Positions 45,601-54,333 of a DNA stretch of 64,000 bases are shown in pieces (positions within the stretch are counted from its first letter, which is position 1; every line of letters starts with the position of its first letter). The position numbers were made by a program, and so were the translations under genes. The DNA comes from a virus. The stretch covers positions 1 through 64,000 of the IMG/VR virus record IMGVR_UViG_3300045988_154140. One strand, given 5' to 3'. A model generated the notes under the pieces. It was given only the letters and a program-made list of their open reading frames with translations, ran no database searches and was not told where the DNA came from.

Positions 45601-46329
45601 GATATACTTGCCGTCCTTCCACAGCAGATAGCGCACCTCGTCCTCAAACTTTACAACAAGCATGTTGCCGAACGGCAGCACCTGTAGAATGCGTGAAGAG
45701 TCCGACAGTATCTCCTGCCGCTCCATATCAACCTCGGTGAACCACATCAGAGAGTAATGGGCTATCCTCGTAGGGGAGCCTGAATAAACATACGGTTCCT
45801 GCCTGCTATCTACAACCTCTATGCTCACGGTGTCCCATTTGCTGCCTATGCCTGCTATCTCTGCGCCAGTAACCACGTGCGAGCGCATGTAGTTCTTAGA
45901 CCTTACACGCGCCACATTACCCGTCATCGTGACAGGCAACACCTCTTTTGCACCGTTGTCGAAAGTAAGGGTAAGGGTAAGCTCTCTGCCCTGGAAAGAG
46001 TAGTTGCAGTAAAGCTGGAGCAGCCAGAACTGCTGCATCACAACCTTAAACTCAAAACTCATGTTAGGACGGCGCACACCCCAGTTGTCCATGATGCTTA
46101 TGTAGTGCTTCTCTGTCTGCACCATGTGTATGCAGGCAAGGCTCTCCTTCTTCTTGTTGCTCTCAAAGGAGATACCTGTACTCACGGGCTGCGGCAGTCC
46201 TGTAAGCTCCTCGCCCCTTGGCCAGAGGTTTACACACTCGCTCAGCTCTCCCTCCTGTGGTGTAGAGGGGCTTCTGTGCATGCCCTTACCAAAGGGTATG
46301 ATGCTGCGCTGTAGATTCTTCGTTGCCAT
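42640..46329 (-). CDS. large structural protein (1229 aa) downstream of portal
   Basis: Uninterrupted ORF whose ATG is 3 nt after the portal stop; no motif recognised. Confidence 0.7.
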   Translation of the reverse strand: MATKNLQRSIIPFGKGMHRSPSTPQEGELSECVNLWPRGEELTGLPQPVSTGISFESNKKKESLACIHMVQTEKHYISIMDNWGVRRPNMSFEFKVVMQQFWLLQLYCNYSFQGRELTLTLTFDNGAKEVLPVTMTGNVARVRSKNYMRSHVVTGAEIAGIGSKWDTVSIEVVDSRQEPYVYSGSPTRIAHYSLMWFTEVDMERQEILSDSSRILQVLPFGNMLVVKFEDEVRYLLWKDGKYINLGGAIPEIDAQVALDGEFYIDQGSTIVKMVTAGSIADYSTLHFTISDPAAPAYWNSMDGSYKGKKKTLAAKETLQRGKTYRFFNYSKYDVYIRLDVSGQFAYEYVLRKNAYKDIKIPMNTSALYYRSNASHSNGETFFCNVKVYANSVDGKTGIAPDNTSDNLQAIMGAANKFLSDAMKDAGKFVLPFFARVGLRLFDGSITHLSCPALLTPNSGCAPYFLVQGSNAGEYPSNVFGCRCRLQFYLSDTDVQNLNAWKDLIQSVVVAVTPAIYRYNEGYTFDKDKTKLESNTIYIDGEYASGLTDDPFTASKIASLGQAMTYEVSNEAPSAGGWYDSSVMLDLSKGDVLTHGSSEPGDIIIFKKEANGNIVRKDYISTAESKRTYTVEEDGTYCVGGEDMYGNLSKGSFYVTKAQYAGYLKQPIGGLLARSGEFKSDGAYLMQIALPRFDDKTTRSNIVEQSNFHVIGEYPIEEIKAGWTTVDTEGKDLFSIPSLERVEDDNHSHNKLAASVLFSYNSKLHLADVTERVWGGSVLELMTGYAEDRGRNEEADIWTHAARVVVSLVKNGMAVYADSGWGDEIAGLDVAWLFYPDADAREAVVYTRTPLGDGSYVYDKCKLPLTAHKFLEGAYWFNDYNSPAYESCTEEEATASVADNSLHLPNKLYVSETDNPVLFPTTQRISVGNGTILALATTAVAFSQNTYGRNAVQAFCTDGIWELEVADTGRYLCKNPTSRDVLTNVSSVTMLDGSVAFVTASGLKMLSGQGVRSVGDELNGFNVSESNPDIQPAVQSIATEFSGTAPSVQDEKVFVERLQTARIAYDYPRNLLHVFIDGEKWHYVMDVKSGEWAMQTLPFSVASIVSDYPSMLMQGGDATLYGYEDVTSTQKQLEEHSIGYALTRPLSLDDPTARKMIYDLRTLAQKTSATSVLRVAVFASNDRVNWYRLTSLKAFSAKWYRILVVTNFNELDALNGVVLQYVERFGDKMH

Positions 46330-46332
46330 TAC

Positions 46333-48234
46333 TTACTCCTGTGTTTGTGGTTGTGTCTCCTGTTGGCTTCTCTGCTGCATTGCGGCCATCGCCTGCTCAA
46401 GCTGCTTCCTCACCGTACTGCTTGCGGGGAGATAACTCATCTGAAGCATCTGCGCGGCATCCACCGCTCCTGCCTGCCACATCTGCGAAACAAGGTCGTT
46501 CATCGCCATGCGGAACACTGGGTTCTCAGGTGACATGAGGATACGCACACCGAACTTCACATCCTGCACCTCCACTGGGTCATACTTGGTGACCTCGCTC
46601 ATGCCGTTGGAGCGCATCACACTTATGTTCCCCTCTCGGTAGTACTGATGTATGACCTGCATCTTCTTCTCTGCCACTTGCTGCTCAAACGAGCCGAACT
46701 TCAGCAGGAGTGCGCTCACGCTCGTAGTGCTGTTCTGCGACTCCAGCGCGTAGCGGCTTGCCGATGTCCCGCTCTTGGCAGTCTTACCTTGCAGCGCCTC
46801 GCTCACACTCGTTATGTCGGGGATGAAGCCAAGCTGCAACTGGAGCATATCGGTGATACCCGTCATGTTGGTGTTGCTAACCACCACCTCGGGCTTGTTC
46901 ATACTGCGGCCTTCCTTGTCATCGTAGAATATGAAGTTGCCCGTCTCGCGTATGCTTCGCGCAAACTCTGCCTCGGTCATGTTGCTAGGCACGCAAGACT
47001 TCGGTATCATGGTTATGCCCTTCGCGCTTGCCTGTATGACAATATCGAACAGCGTCACCAGTCTGTTGATGTAACGCTGCTGGTCAATGACAGGACTCAT
47101 GTAGGGTATCACATCACCGTTGACATACTCATATATCTTGAACGTGTAGGGGTACGAACCGTGCTCGTAGGGGCTGTCGTACTCCTCCAGTATAAGGCCA
47201 CCTGGGGCGAGCGCCTGGTAGTGCCAGTATGTGTCAAAGACGGGCGTGTACTCGATAAGAGGCACGTCCTCGCGTGCCATGCCAGCGGCCTCTGCCTGTG
47301 CAAGCCTTGCCTCGTTCTCTGCTGTAACGAGAGGCAGCTGCTCTGGTTCTATGCGGTAGAGCGGCTGGTCAAAGTCCATGATGTCCTTGCATCTGTACCT
47401 CAGCTTATGCTCCTTAGTCCAGACATGATACACCCTGCACATATCCCTATCCGATACATCCCAGTACGGATCCTTCAGCTTGTCTGTCTGCTGTCCGTTG
47501 GGGAGGATAGACTGCTGACGCGCTATATAGGGTGCGTAGATGTACTCCAGCTGCTTGTAGTCATACTTGCTGCGCGCGAATCTTGCTGCCAACGCTCCAA
47601 GGCTGTAGTCCTCGAAGTGGCCTATGAGCTCCACATCCCTGTGCAGCGGGTCTATGCCCGCACTCTCGAAGTAGAAGTGGCTCGGCTCGATGACGAACGT
47701 GTAGGCATCCTCAACACCGTTGATGGTTGTCCACTCCTCCATGACCACAGACATACCTCCATACAGCATCTCCTCCATCTCACTCACGAGTATGTCGGGC
47801 ATCATGTTGTTCTGCCAGTTGGCTTGCAGGGCGTTCGTCATCACGTCAGCCTTCTCATCGCAGTTAGGACTACGTGCAAAGCACACAGGCTCGGTGCTCT
47901 GCTTGCTGTAGAGTCCGCTCAAGGAGTGAACTATCTTGATGAGGTGGTTGTTCTGCAAGGCTACACCGCCTGTACGCTTGGCTATACGCGAGCTCTCGCG
48001 CACCAGTTTGCCCTTCTCGTCATACACCCAGTCGCTCCACTGGTCGATGAAGCAGTAGTTGATATTGCGCTCTCTACGCTTACGCAAGTCATACAGAGCC
48101 TGCCACGCATTCTCTGCGCGCGTAAGCAGTTGTAGGTTGGTCTTGTCTGCGCCCTTCTGCCGCAAGCGCGCCTTAACGCTGTCACTGTTGTCCTTCTTAC
48201 CGCGGAAACGGGACACGGGTATGAGTCTCTTCAT
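46333..48234 (-). CDS. portal protein
   Basis: 633 aa; N-terminal RRERNINYCFIDQWSDWVYDEKG resembles podovirus/crAss-type portals. Position at the head of the structural operon. Confidence 0.65.
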   Translation of the reverse strand: MKRLIPVSRFRGKKDNSDSVKARLRQKGADKTNLQLLTRAENAWQALYDLRKRRERNINYCFIDQWSDWVYDEKGKLVRESSRIAKRTGGVALQNNHLIKIVHSLSGLYSKQSTEPVCFARSPNCDEKADVMTNALQANWQNNMMPDILVSEMEEMLYGGMSVVMEEWTTINGVEDAYTFVIEPSHFYFESAGIDPLHRDVELIGHFEDYSLGALAARFARSKYDYKQLEYIYAPYIARQQSILPNGQQTDKLKDPYWDVSDRDMCRVYHVWTKEHKLRYRCKDIMDFDQPLYRIEPEQLPLVTAENEARLAQAEAAGMAREDVPLIEYTPVFDTYWHYQALAPGGLILEEYDSPYEHGSYPYTFKIYEYVNGDVIPYMSPVIDQQRYINRLVTLFDIVIQASAKGITMIPKSCVPSNMTEAEFARSIRETGNFIFYDDKEGRSMNKPEVVVSNTNMTGITDMLQLQLGFIPDITSVSEALQGKTAKSGTSASRYALESQNSTTSVSALLLKFGSFEQQVAEKKMQVIHQYYREGNISVMRSNGMSEVTKYDPVEVQDVKFGVRILMSPENPVFRMAMNDLVSQMWQAGAVDAAQMLQMSYLPASSTVRKQLEQAMAAMQQRSQQETQPQTQE

Positions 48235-48257
48235 GCTATCTTATATATGTACAAGCG

Positions 48258-48265
48258 CAAAGATA
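48258..48265 (-). promoter_or_regulatory. Bacteroides-type -7 box (portal operon)
   Basis: Reverse complement TATCTTTG, 23 nt before the portal ATG. Confidence 0.45.
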
Positions 48266-48320
48266 GACTGCCGTGTAACTCGTTTTTGATAATTTGTCAT
48301 TTTGGGCGCGTAACTGAGGC

Positions 48321-48328
48321 TACCTTTG
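48321..48328 (+). promoter_or_regulatory. Bacteroides-type -7 box (rightward 5-gene operon)
   Basis: TACCTTTG, 19 nt before the ATG at 48348. Confidence 0.45.
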
Positions 48329-48347
48329 CCCTTGTACATAAGACGCA

Positions 48348-48749
48348 ATGATGGATATAGAATTTGACAGCATGTTTACAAGATGCCAGGAGTTGTCTTC
48401 CTTCGAGGGGAGAAGGCTTACTGACGGGCAGGGCAACAGCATGTACGAGCAAGCGCACATCACTGACCAAGACAAACCCCTCATACAGGGCATGGTGCGC
48501 AAAGCAGTTGAGATGGCAAACAGCCGCCTCAGCAGCTCAGTGGGTGAGATAGGCTTCAGCCTTACACCCTCACAGCAAGTACAGACTGGTGCGCTGAAGC
48601 TGCTTGAAGAGATAGTCGCCGCATACGTCATGTACCTGTGGCTGGAGGACAAGTCCAAGGAACGCAGCGACTGCTATCTGGCTATGACAGAACAGATGGT
48701 GTCGGCATTCCGTTCGCGTGTCCGACCGACACTCATGGATGATTACTGA
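48348..48749 (+). CDS. hypothetical virion-module protein (paralog set member 1)
   Basis: 133 aa; C-terminal ..IVAAYVMYLWLED.. motif shared with the next three genes. Confidence 0.6.
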   Translation: MMDIEFDSMFTRCQELSSFEGRRLTDGQGNSMYEQAHITDQDKPLIQGMVRKAVEMANSRLSSSVGEIGFSLTPSQQVQTGALKLLEEIVAAYVMYLWLEDKSKERSDCYLAMTEQMVSAFRSRVRPTLMDDY

Positions 48750-48762
48750 TATATAAGTACGC

Positions 48763-49248
48763 ATGGATATAACGATTTACAGAAACCAGCTCAAGTTAGA
48801 TGCCGACATCGAAACAAGAAAGGCGGGCATGTTCCAAATCAACAAAGACCGCCCCGAAGAACTCAACGAGGCTCAGATGGGTATGGAGGAGAGCGACCTT
48901 AGCTATTTCGAGCGTCAGTGCCAGCAGGGAGTTGATGACCTTCTCACCGTGCTGCACCGCTTCGTGACTGGATGCACAGGAGAGACGCCTATGGGGGAAG
49001 CGGGTAACAACAAGCTGGAGAACACAAAGCAGTGGGTCATATCGCTCTCGTTCGACTCAAGGCGCAACGTCATCGCGCGTGCGCTGGCTGGAGCATGCCA
49101 CCGCTTCGTGCTTATGACAGCGCTGCACGCATGGGCTGTAATGACTATGCCTGCAATGGCAGAGCAATATCTTGCACGCAGGAATGATGCTGCCGCTGCC
49201 ATTAGGGAAATGATATACCGCAAGGAACCACCAACACTGCAAGAATGA
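48763..49248 (+). CDS. hypothetical virion-module protein (paralog 2)
   Basis: 161 aa; ..CHRFVLMTALHAWAVM.. Confidence 0.6.
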   Translation: MDITIYRNQLKLDADIETRKAGMFQINKDRPEELNEAQMGMEESDLSYFERQCQQGVDDLLTVLHRFVTGCTGETPMGEAGNNKLENTKQWVISLSFDSRRNVIARALAGACHRFVLMTALHAWAVMTMPAMAEQYLARRNDAAAAIREMIYRKEPPTLQE

Positions 49249-49751
49249 TTATAGAACTGCTGTATAAATACCTCGACCATGATGCTAGGCAGCTTACCAC
49301 GCGCTACGCGGAAGCAAGGACTAACGACCCAGAGCTGAGAGACCTGTCACAACTGGGGGACGGAACAAGCGACCAACAGCTTATAAGGAGGCTCATCGTC
49401 ACTGGTGTTGGCAAGCTCCGTGCTGTTCTCAGGAACAAACTGGTAAACAGCACCGAGAATGCCGATGACAAGCTGCCCGTAGTCACCTCCTGGGAGTTCA
49501 ACTTCAAGGAGGCCGATGCTGACAGTCGGGCGCTTGCTGAACTCATGCACTGGTTCATCGTGAGAGCGGCCATCGTGGAGTGGTGCAGGATGTTCTCACC
49601 AAGCGACCTGTCAGAGGTGAAGTCGGCGGTAGAGGATGCAGCAGACGAGCTGGACGAGTTGCTGTCTAGCTCGGGCATGCCTACGAAGGAGAGACGCACG
49701 CTCATAAGCGAGGACGGCCCCGCTGAAGTCAAATTCACATACATACCATAA
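49245..49751 (+). CDS. hypothetical virion-module protein (paralog 3)
   Basis: 168 aa; ..MHWFIVRAAIVEWCRM..; 4-nt overlap. Confidence 0.6.
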   Translation: MIIELLYKYLDHDARQLTTRYAEARTNDPELRDLSQLGDGTSDQQLIRRLIVTGVGKLRAVLRNKLVNSTENADDKLPVVTSWEFNFKEADADSRALAELMHWFIVRAAIVEWCRMFSPSDLSEVKSAVEDAADELDELLSSSGMPTKERRTLISEDGPAEVKFTYIP

Positions 49752-50248
49752 TGGACGCATCGGTTAAGCTTCTCCTCAGTGAGATAAAATATGAAGTGAA
49801 GTTCGACTCCTGGTTGAAGAACAGGGTGACGAATGCAGAGCAACGCAATGCCAACAAGAAGGCGTACAAGTCTGTCGAGTATGCCTTCAAGGACGACAAG
49901 GCAGAGGACTGGCTTGTGCGTCAGATACAGGATGCCGTGGATAGCGTGTACGGACGGCTTCGCTGGTGCCTACATGATGACAGCCGTATGCAGTCAGATG
50001 AGATATGGAAGAACCCTACAGAGTGGTCGCTGCACTTCCGCTTCTCTGAGATGTGGCGGGGCAGTGTACGCTCACTGAAAGCGCATATACACCGCTATGT
50101 ATGCGACTACGTTATATCGCAGTGGTATCGTGCCATGAATGACGAGCGCGCGCAACAAAACTATACTATATCCGCAGAAAACCACCTTGCGAAGGCTTAC
50201 AATGAAGCGCGCTCTGAGGTGGTTCGGATTGAACCCTGGAGGTTATGA
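49751..50248 (+). CDS. hypothetical virion-module protein (paralog 4)
   Basis: 165 aa; ..IHRYVCDYVISQWYRAM..; 1-nt overlap. Confidence 0.6.
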   Translation: MDASVKLLLSEIKYEVKFDSWLKNRVTNAEQRNANKKAYKSVEYAFKDDKAEDWLVRQIQDAVDSVYGRLRWCLHDDSRMQSDEIWKNPTEWSLHFRFSEMWRGSVRSLKAHIHRYVCDYVISQWYRAMNDERAQQNYTISAENHLAKAYNEARSEVVRIEPWRL

Positions 50249-50550
50249 GCAAGAAGACAGCGGACAAAAGCACAAAGACTTCAGTAGTCAAGGAGAAGAT
50301 ACGCGACTATCTGGACAAGAACTGGGAGAAGCTTATCAAGGATATAGATTCCCTCGACCCGAAGGAGCGTGTAGATAGACGCATGAAACTCTTGGAGTAT
50401 GTCATGCCGAAAGCCGCCGCTGCAAAGACAGAGGAGAAGGCACCGCAGTCAATAGCACAGATAATACTCAGCAAGGAAGCCCAATTCGATGACTACGTGG
50501 AAGAGGAAGACTTGCAGGAGAAAGAAATAATAAGGGATGAAGACTTGTAG
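50245..50550 (+). CDS. hypothetical K/E-rich protein
   Basis: 101 aa with 4-nt overlap; KERVDRRMKLLEYVMPK motif. Confidence 0.55.
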   Translation: MSKKTADKSTKTSVVKEKIRDYLDKNWEKLIKDIDSLDPKERVDRRMKLLEYVMPKAAAAKTEEKAPQSIAQIILSKEAQFDDYVEEEDLQEKEIIRDEDL

Positions 50551-50623
50551 TTTAAGGTTTGTTTAGTGAGATTAGTGAGAAAGGTTACACACTCATTTGT
50601 TTTTTGTTAGTTTTCATGGTTTA

Positions 50624-50653
50624 AGCCCCGCCGTCCGTGAGGATAGCGGGGCT
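50624..50653. terminator. hairpin between convergent operons
   Basis: AGCCCCGC-N14-GCGGGGCT. Confidence 0.55.
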
Positions 50654-50658
50654 TGTCA

Positions 50659-51078
50659 TTACAGCAGGTCTTCCCAGTCAACGGGTATTCCACGGGCTAC
50701 CATCTTGGCATACCAGCAACGCATTACCTCTCCGTCCCCTGCATCCGCATCATCAAGAATATCTCTGATAATCTTAGCCAGATGCACCTCGTCAGAGATG
50801 CTGCTGCCCAGGTAGTCGCTCCTGCACATGGTAGCGACATACACCATATCGTAGCCCACATCATTCTCTATCTGCACTCCTGTACGACTCAAAAGCTCAT
50901 CCACCTGTTCGCGTGTCAGTGCAGTAGTACGTTCCAAGGATCCAGACTCCGCGCGTCTGTACATGTGCCTTGCGGCAAACTCACAAGCCTTACGGTTGAA
51001 GTGCCACCCGTAGTTGCGCAAGTACGAACGCATGCCGTCGGGCATCCTGTCATAAGTATCAAGGCTTGTCCGTCTCAT
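50659..51078 (-). CDS. hypothetical protein
   Basis: 139 aa; MPDGMRSYLRNYGWHFNRKACEFA. Confidence 0.6.
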   Translation of the reverse strand: MRRTSLDTYDRMPDGMRSYLRNYGWHFNRKACEFAARHMYRRAESGSLERTTALTREQVDELLSRTGVQIENDVGYDMVYVATMCRSDYLGSSISDEVHLAKIIRDILDDADAGDGEVMRCWYAKMVARGIPVDWEDLL

Positions 51079-51082
51079 AAGG

Positions 51083-51319
51083 CTACCTCATATAACGGCC
51101 AGAGTGCTTCTGCTTCCTCGCACCCATACGGCCGTAGCGTCCGTAATCATCTTCCTCCTCGTACTCGTTATCGTCCCAGTCGTCCCTGTCTCCACCTCTC
51201 TGGTTGCCCTCGAGGTCTTCAAGGCACTGCATGAGCTTACCGCCTGCACTGAGCATCTTTTCGCAAAGCTCCGACATCTTATTGCGCTTGTCTTCGCTTA
51301 TCTGTACCATATATCCCAT
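51083..51319 (-). CDS. hypothetical acidic protein
   Basis: 78 aa; D/E-rich centre. Confidence 0.5.
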   Translation of the reverse strand: MGYMVQISEDKRNKMSELCEKMLSAGGKLMQCLEDLEGNQRGGDRDDWDDNEYEEEDDYGRYGRMGARKQKHSGRYMR

Positions 51320-51325
51320 AATCTT

Positions 51326-51838
51326 CTACTTTTTATTTGCTTCTGACATGGAGAGCAACAAGCCCTTAATATCCGAGAGGTCTGTGCGCATGCCGTTCAT
51401 CTCCTTCTCCAGATTCTGTATCTTCTGCTCCTGCTCACGCTCCTTGGCTATCTGTGGGTTGAGGAGGGCAAGGAACTCACCGCAGCGACCGACTACCTGC
51501 TGGTTATGCTCCATGCTGTCAAGGATGGACTGACTCGCCCTTCTCATGCTCTCCACCTCGGCGCTCATCGCGTCACGGCTCTCGCTTATCACCACATTGC
51601 CTGTGCCGAAGTTGGCTATACTAAGGTTTGCTGGCACCTGCTTGAACTCCAAGGACTCGTCACCGCACTTGGCAGTAATATCCACTATCATCTCCTGACC
51701 GAAGTTAGGAGTGAAGTTGCCTGTCTGGAACTTCGGTGTAGGCGCACTCACAGATGACACCTCTGCTATCTTCAGCTTGATGTCGCTGCCCTTCTCCAGT
51801 ATATAGAAGGGGCTTCCTGCTCTCAATGTCTGAAACAT
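51326..51838 (-). CDS. hypothetical protein (possible scaffold-like, coiled-coil C-terminus)
   Basis: 170 aa; C-terminal EREQEQKIQNLEKEMNGM. Confidence 0.55.
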   Translation of the reverse strand: MFQTLRAGSPFYILEKGSDIKLKIAEVSSVSAPTPKFQTGNFTPNFGQEMIVDITAKCGDESLEFKQVPANLSIANFGTGNVVISESRDAMSAEVESMRRASQSILDSMEHNQQVVGRCGEFLALLNPQIAKEREQEQKIQNLEKEMNGMRTDLSDIKGLLLSMSEANKK

Positions 51839-51868
51839 AATTCTACCTTTTAATTCTTACTCTCTTCT

Positions 51869-52207
51869 TCACGCTACTGGACTCATCAGAGTAAGCGTGT
51901 TGGCGCTCTTGTTGAACAGCACCTCTATGTAGGTCACGCCCACAAGGGAGGCCGCAGTCACGGCTGCGCCTGTCACACTCACCAGAGGAAGACTTGCCCC
52001 GTTCGTGCTCACAAGGACGGGCAGCGTGCCTGTAGTCCCTGTGGGTATAACGGGAGTGGCCTCCACGATGATTATGCCCTTGGCTCCGAGAAAACGGAAC
52101 ACGTGGTTGGGAAGGTCAATAGTCACGTCGGCCGTCCCTACCGTAGCGGGGGCAGTCACAATAGGTGTGCCACCCCTGTTCGCAATGAACACGCTCCTGT
52201 TAGTCAT
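51869..52207 (-). CDS. hypothetical beta-rich protein
   Basis: 112 aa; T/V/P-rich. Confidence 0.55.
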   Translation of the reverse strand: MTNRSVFIANRGGTPIVTAPATVGTADVTIDLPNHVFRFLGAKGIIIVEATPVIPTGTTGTLPVLVSTNGASLPLVSVTGAAVTAASLVGVTYIEVLFNKSANTLTLMSPVA

Positions 52208-52225
52208 ACCACGTTCTCCTATCCG

Positions 52226-53122
52226 TTATCCCCAGAATCCGTTTTGCTGCCCAATGCCATACTGCCATGCCACACAAGAGGGCATCAGCACACCCTGCGG
52301 GTTAGGCACAGTCACGGTAGCGGGCATCGCGGACTTGATGGCATTCAGCTCGCTCTGCATGGGAGCCAGCATGGACGCAAAGGTTGCGTTCTGATGCTCC
52401 TGGCTTATCTGTGCCTTCAAGGTGGCTATCTCGCAGGCCTGTCCCGCAATCTTGTCCTGCATTGCTGCGTTCTCCATTGCGTCAAGCTTGGCGATTATGG
52501 CCTGTGTGTTGGCATTACCAGTGTCCTTCAGAGTCTGCACGCCGTTGGCCATACCCTGCTGGATAGCACAAGTCTGAGCCTGCGTTTCGTAGGCAACATT
52601 ACTGAAGCCTCTCTCCTGCCCAGTGGCTACATAGTTGATAGCGTTCTGAAGGGTGTTGGTCTGATTGCAGATGGCAAGTTGGTTGTCGCAGCAACACTTG
52701 CTCAACTGGCTTGCAAGACTGGTGTTGCCTGCCTGTATGGCATTGATGACCTGCTGGCCAGTAAGGCCAACCTGATTGCCCACTCCCTGTATGGCACTCT
52801 GCACGCTGCATATAGCAGTTCGGATGCTGTTTGCATCACAGTTCAGAGTCGTTGCCAGCTGACTGATGGCATTGCCGTTGCCCTGTATAGCACTCATCAG
52901 AAGCTCACGCTCTGCCGTGCCTGCTACAGAACCACCGCCGTTACCGCCAAACAGACCGTTGCGGTTCCATCCATAAAGGAAGAAAAGGAAGATTACCCAA
53001 ATCCAGTTTCCGTTTGCACCGAAACCGCCTCCATTGTTCATCATCGCAAGCAGTGCGTTCGGGTCAAGGCCACCGCTACGGGTTCCCGAGTCAGGGAACA
53101 TGAAAGTCTTTACATCACTCAT
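52226..53122 (-). CDS. Gly/Asn-flanked TM protein with AIQxGN repeats
   Basis: Trimmed to MSDVKTF...; TM NWIWVIFLFFLYGW; five or more AIQ-x-GN-type repeats; KCCCDNQLAIC cluster. Confidence 0.6.
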   Translation of the reverse strand: MSDVKTFMFPDSGTRSGGLDPNALLAMMNNGGGFGANGNWIWVIFLFFLYGWNRNGLFGGNGGGSVAGTAERELLMSAIQGNGNAISQLATTLNCDANSIRTAICSVQSAIQGVGNQVGLTGQQVINAIQAGNTSLASQLSKCCCDNQLAICNQTNTLQNAINYVATGQERGFSNVAYETQAQTCAIQQGMANGVQTLKDTGNANTQAIIAKLDAMENAAMQDKIAGQACEIATLKAQISQEHQNATFASMLAPMQSELNAIKSAMPATVTVPNPQGVLMPSCVAWQYGIGQQNGFWG

Positions 53123-53198
53123 GATATAGATTTTTAAGGCTTGTTTCGTTCCACTATTGGAACTTGTTGCAAAGTTCAACCGATTTATTATATGACGC

Positions 53199-53235
53199 AA
53201 AAAGGTGGCAATGGTAATACGTACCAAATGCCACC
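53199..53235 (-). terminator. strong intrinsic terminator closing the moron island
   Basis: Minus strand GGTGGCA-TT-TGGTA-CGTAT-TACCA-T-TGCCACC followed by TTTTT. Confidence 0.7.
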
Positions 53236-53272
53236 TATTATGCTTTCACGTTGTTTTCTAATTACTTACTCA

Positions 53273-53677
53273 TTAGCCAAGAAAGTTCTTCTTGTCTTTT
53301 GGCTTGAACAATTTTGAGTGCCTTGCCAGCTGCAAAATCTCATTCACATGCTCCTCTTTCATTAAGGCTTTGAAGATAGTTTGCCCTTTCTCCATATCGC
53401 TCTCTATCTTGCTTATGGGTATCTTCAGCAATTCCTGAGCAGCAAGAAAAGAGTCATACCGTAGGAAGCCATAATCTGCCTTTCGCATAGGGTACTGCAT
53501 CGCAAGCATTTCTTCCTTTCCTTGGATCCACTTGTTGATTCCTGAATTGATGAAGAAGAAACCCGCTACCTCACCATGAGAAACACCCATTATGACAAAG
53601 AACTTTCCGTGGTCAACGAAGTCAAAAGTCTCAGAGTGAAGTATCGCTCCCCTCTTTATCAAGTCTCTATTTGCCAT
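53273..53677 (-). CDS. candidate toxin partner of Panacea-domain protein
   Basis: 134 aa; its ATG shares one nt with the upstream stop (TGATG). No family recognised. Confidence 0.5.
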   Translation of the reverse strand: MANRDLIKRGAILHSETFDFVDHGKFFVIMGVSHGEVAGFFFINSGINKWIQGKEEMLAMQYPMRKADYGFLRYDSFLAAQELLKIPISKIESDMEKGQTIFKALMKEEHVNEILQLARHSKLFKPKDKKNFLG

Positions 53678-54231
53678 CAGTAGCCACAAAGTACTTCCTC
53701 GTACTTCAGTTTTTGGGATATATAATTGGCATACTCCTCTGTGTCCCCAGCCTCGCAGAGTATATCCTTAACCGAAATTTCCCTGTCTGGTCGGGTGTTA
53801 TTATAGGCCAGACCATGAGACATTTCTGTAAGTTCTATAAAACTTTTATCGCGGCATTTCGCAATAGCATTATCAAGGCATTCCTTATCGGAATCGGAGA
53901 GGCTGTCTGGGTCGTAGTCAGCCGCAGCACAGATAATAAACCTATTTGCAAAATGGAATAACTCCTTCAATTCGTTTGCATTTTCTGACTGAGAGAAATA
54001 GCTATCACCCTTTACAGCCTTTGTAATATCATATATCATAGACGGCACGGGGCCATACTGCATAGCAATGTAAGTGTCACCTGTTATTGAACGGCCATAC
54101 TTACTCAGATGCTCCTGGTCTGCAAAATAGAGAGTCTTGTAAACCTTGTGCATGTCGGCCTGTCCTCCAAACGCAGAAAGGATATAGAGGATAGCATTAA
54201 CAGATGCGTCCTTGTCAAACAGGTTATTCAT
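53677..54231 (-). CDS. Panacea/DUF4065 (SocA-like) antitoxin-domain protein
   Basis: VNAILYILSAFGGQADMHKVYKTLYFADQEHL...YIAMQYGPVPSMIYD. Confidence 0.65.
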   Translation of the reverse strand: MNNLFDKDASVNAILYILSAFGGQADMHKVYKTLYFADQEHLSKYGRSITGDTYIAMQYGPVPSMIYDITKAVKGDSYFSQSENANELKELFHFANRFIICAAADYDPDSLSDSDKECLDNAIAKCRDKSFIELTEMSHGLAYNNTRPDREISVKDILCEAGDTEEYANYISQKLKYEEVLCGY

Positions 54232-54256
54232 ATTACTTACATTTCGGTTTCGCCTG

Positions 54257-54264
54257 CAAAGTTA
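54257..54264 (-). promoter_or_regulatory. Bacteroides-type -7 box (Panacea pair)
   Basis: Reverse complement TAACTTTG, 25 nt before the ATG at 54231. Confidence 0.45.
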
Positions 54265-54333
54265 TGAATAAATACTCAGTTGTAGCACCAAATGTGGCTA
54301 CAAGTTTTACGTATGACTCGTAAAAAGAGCTTT

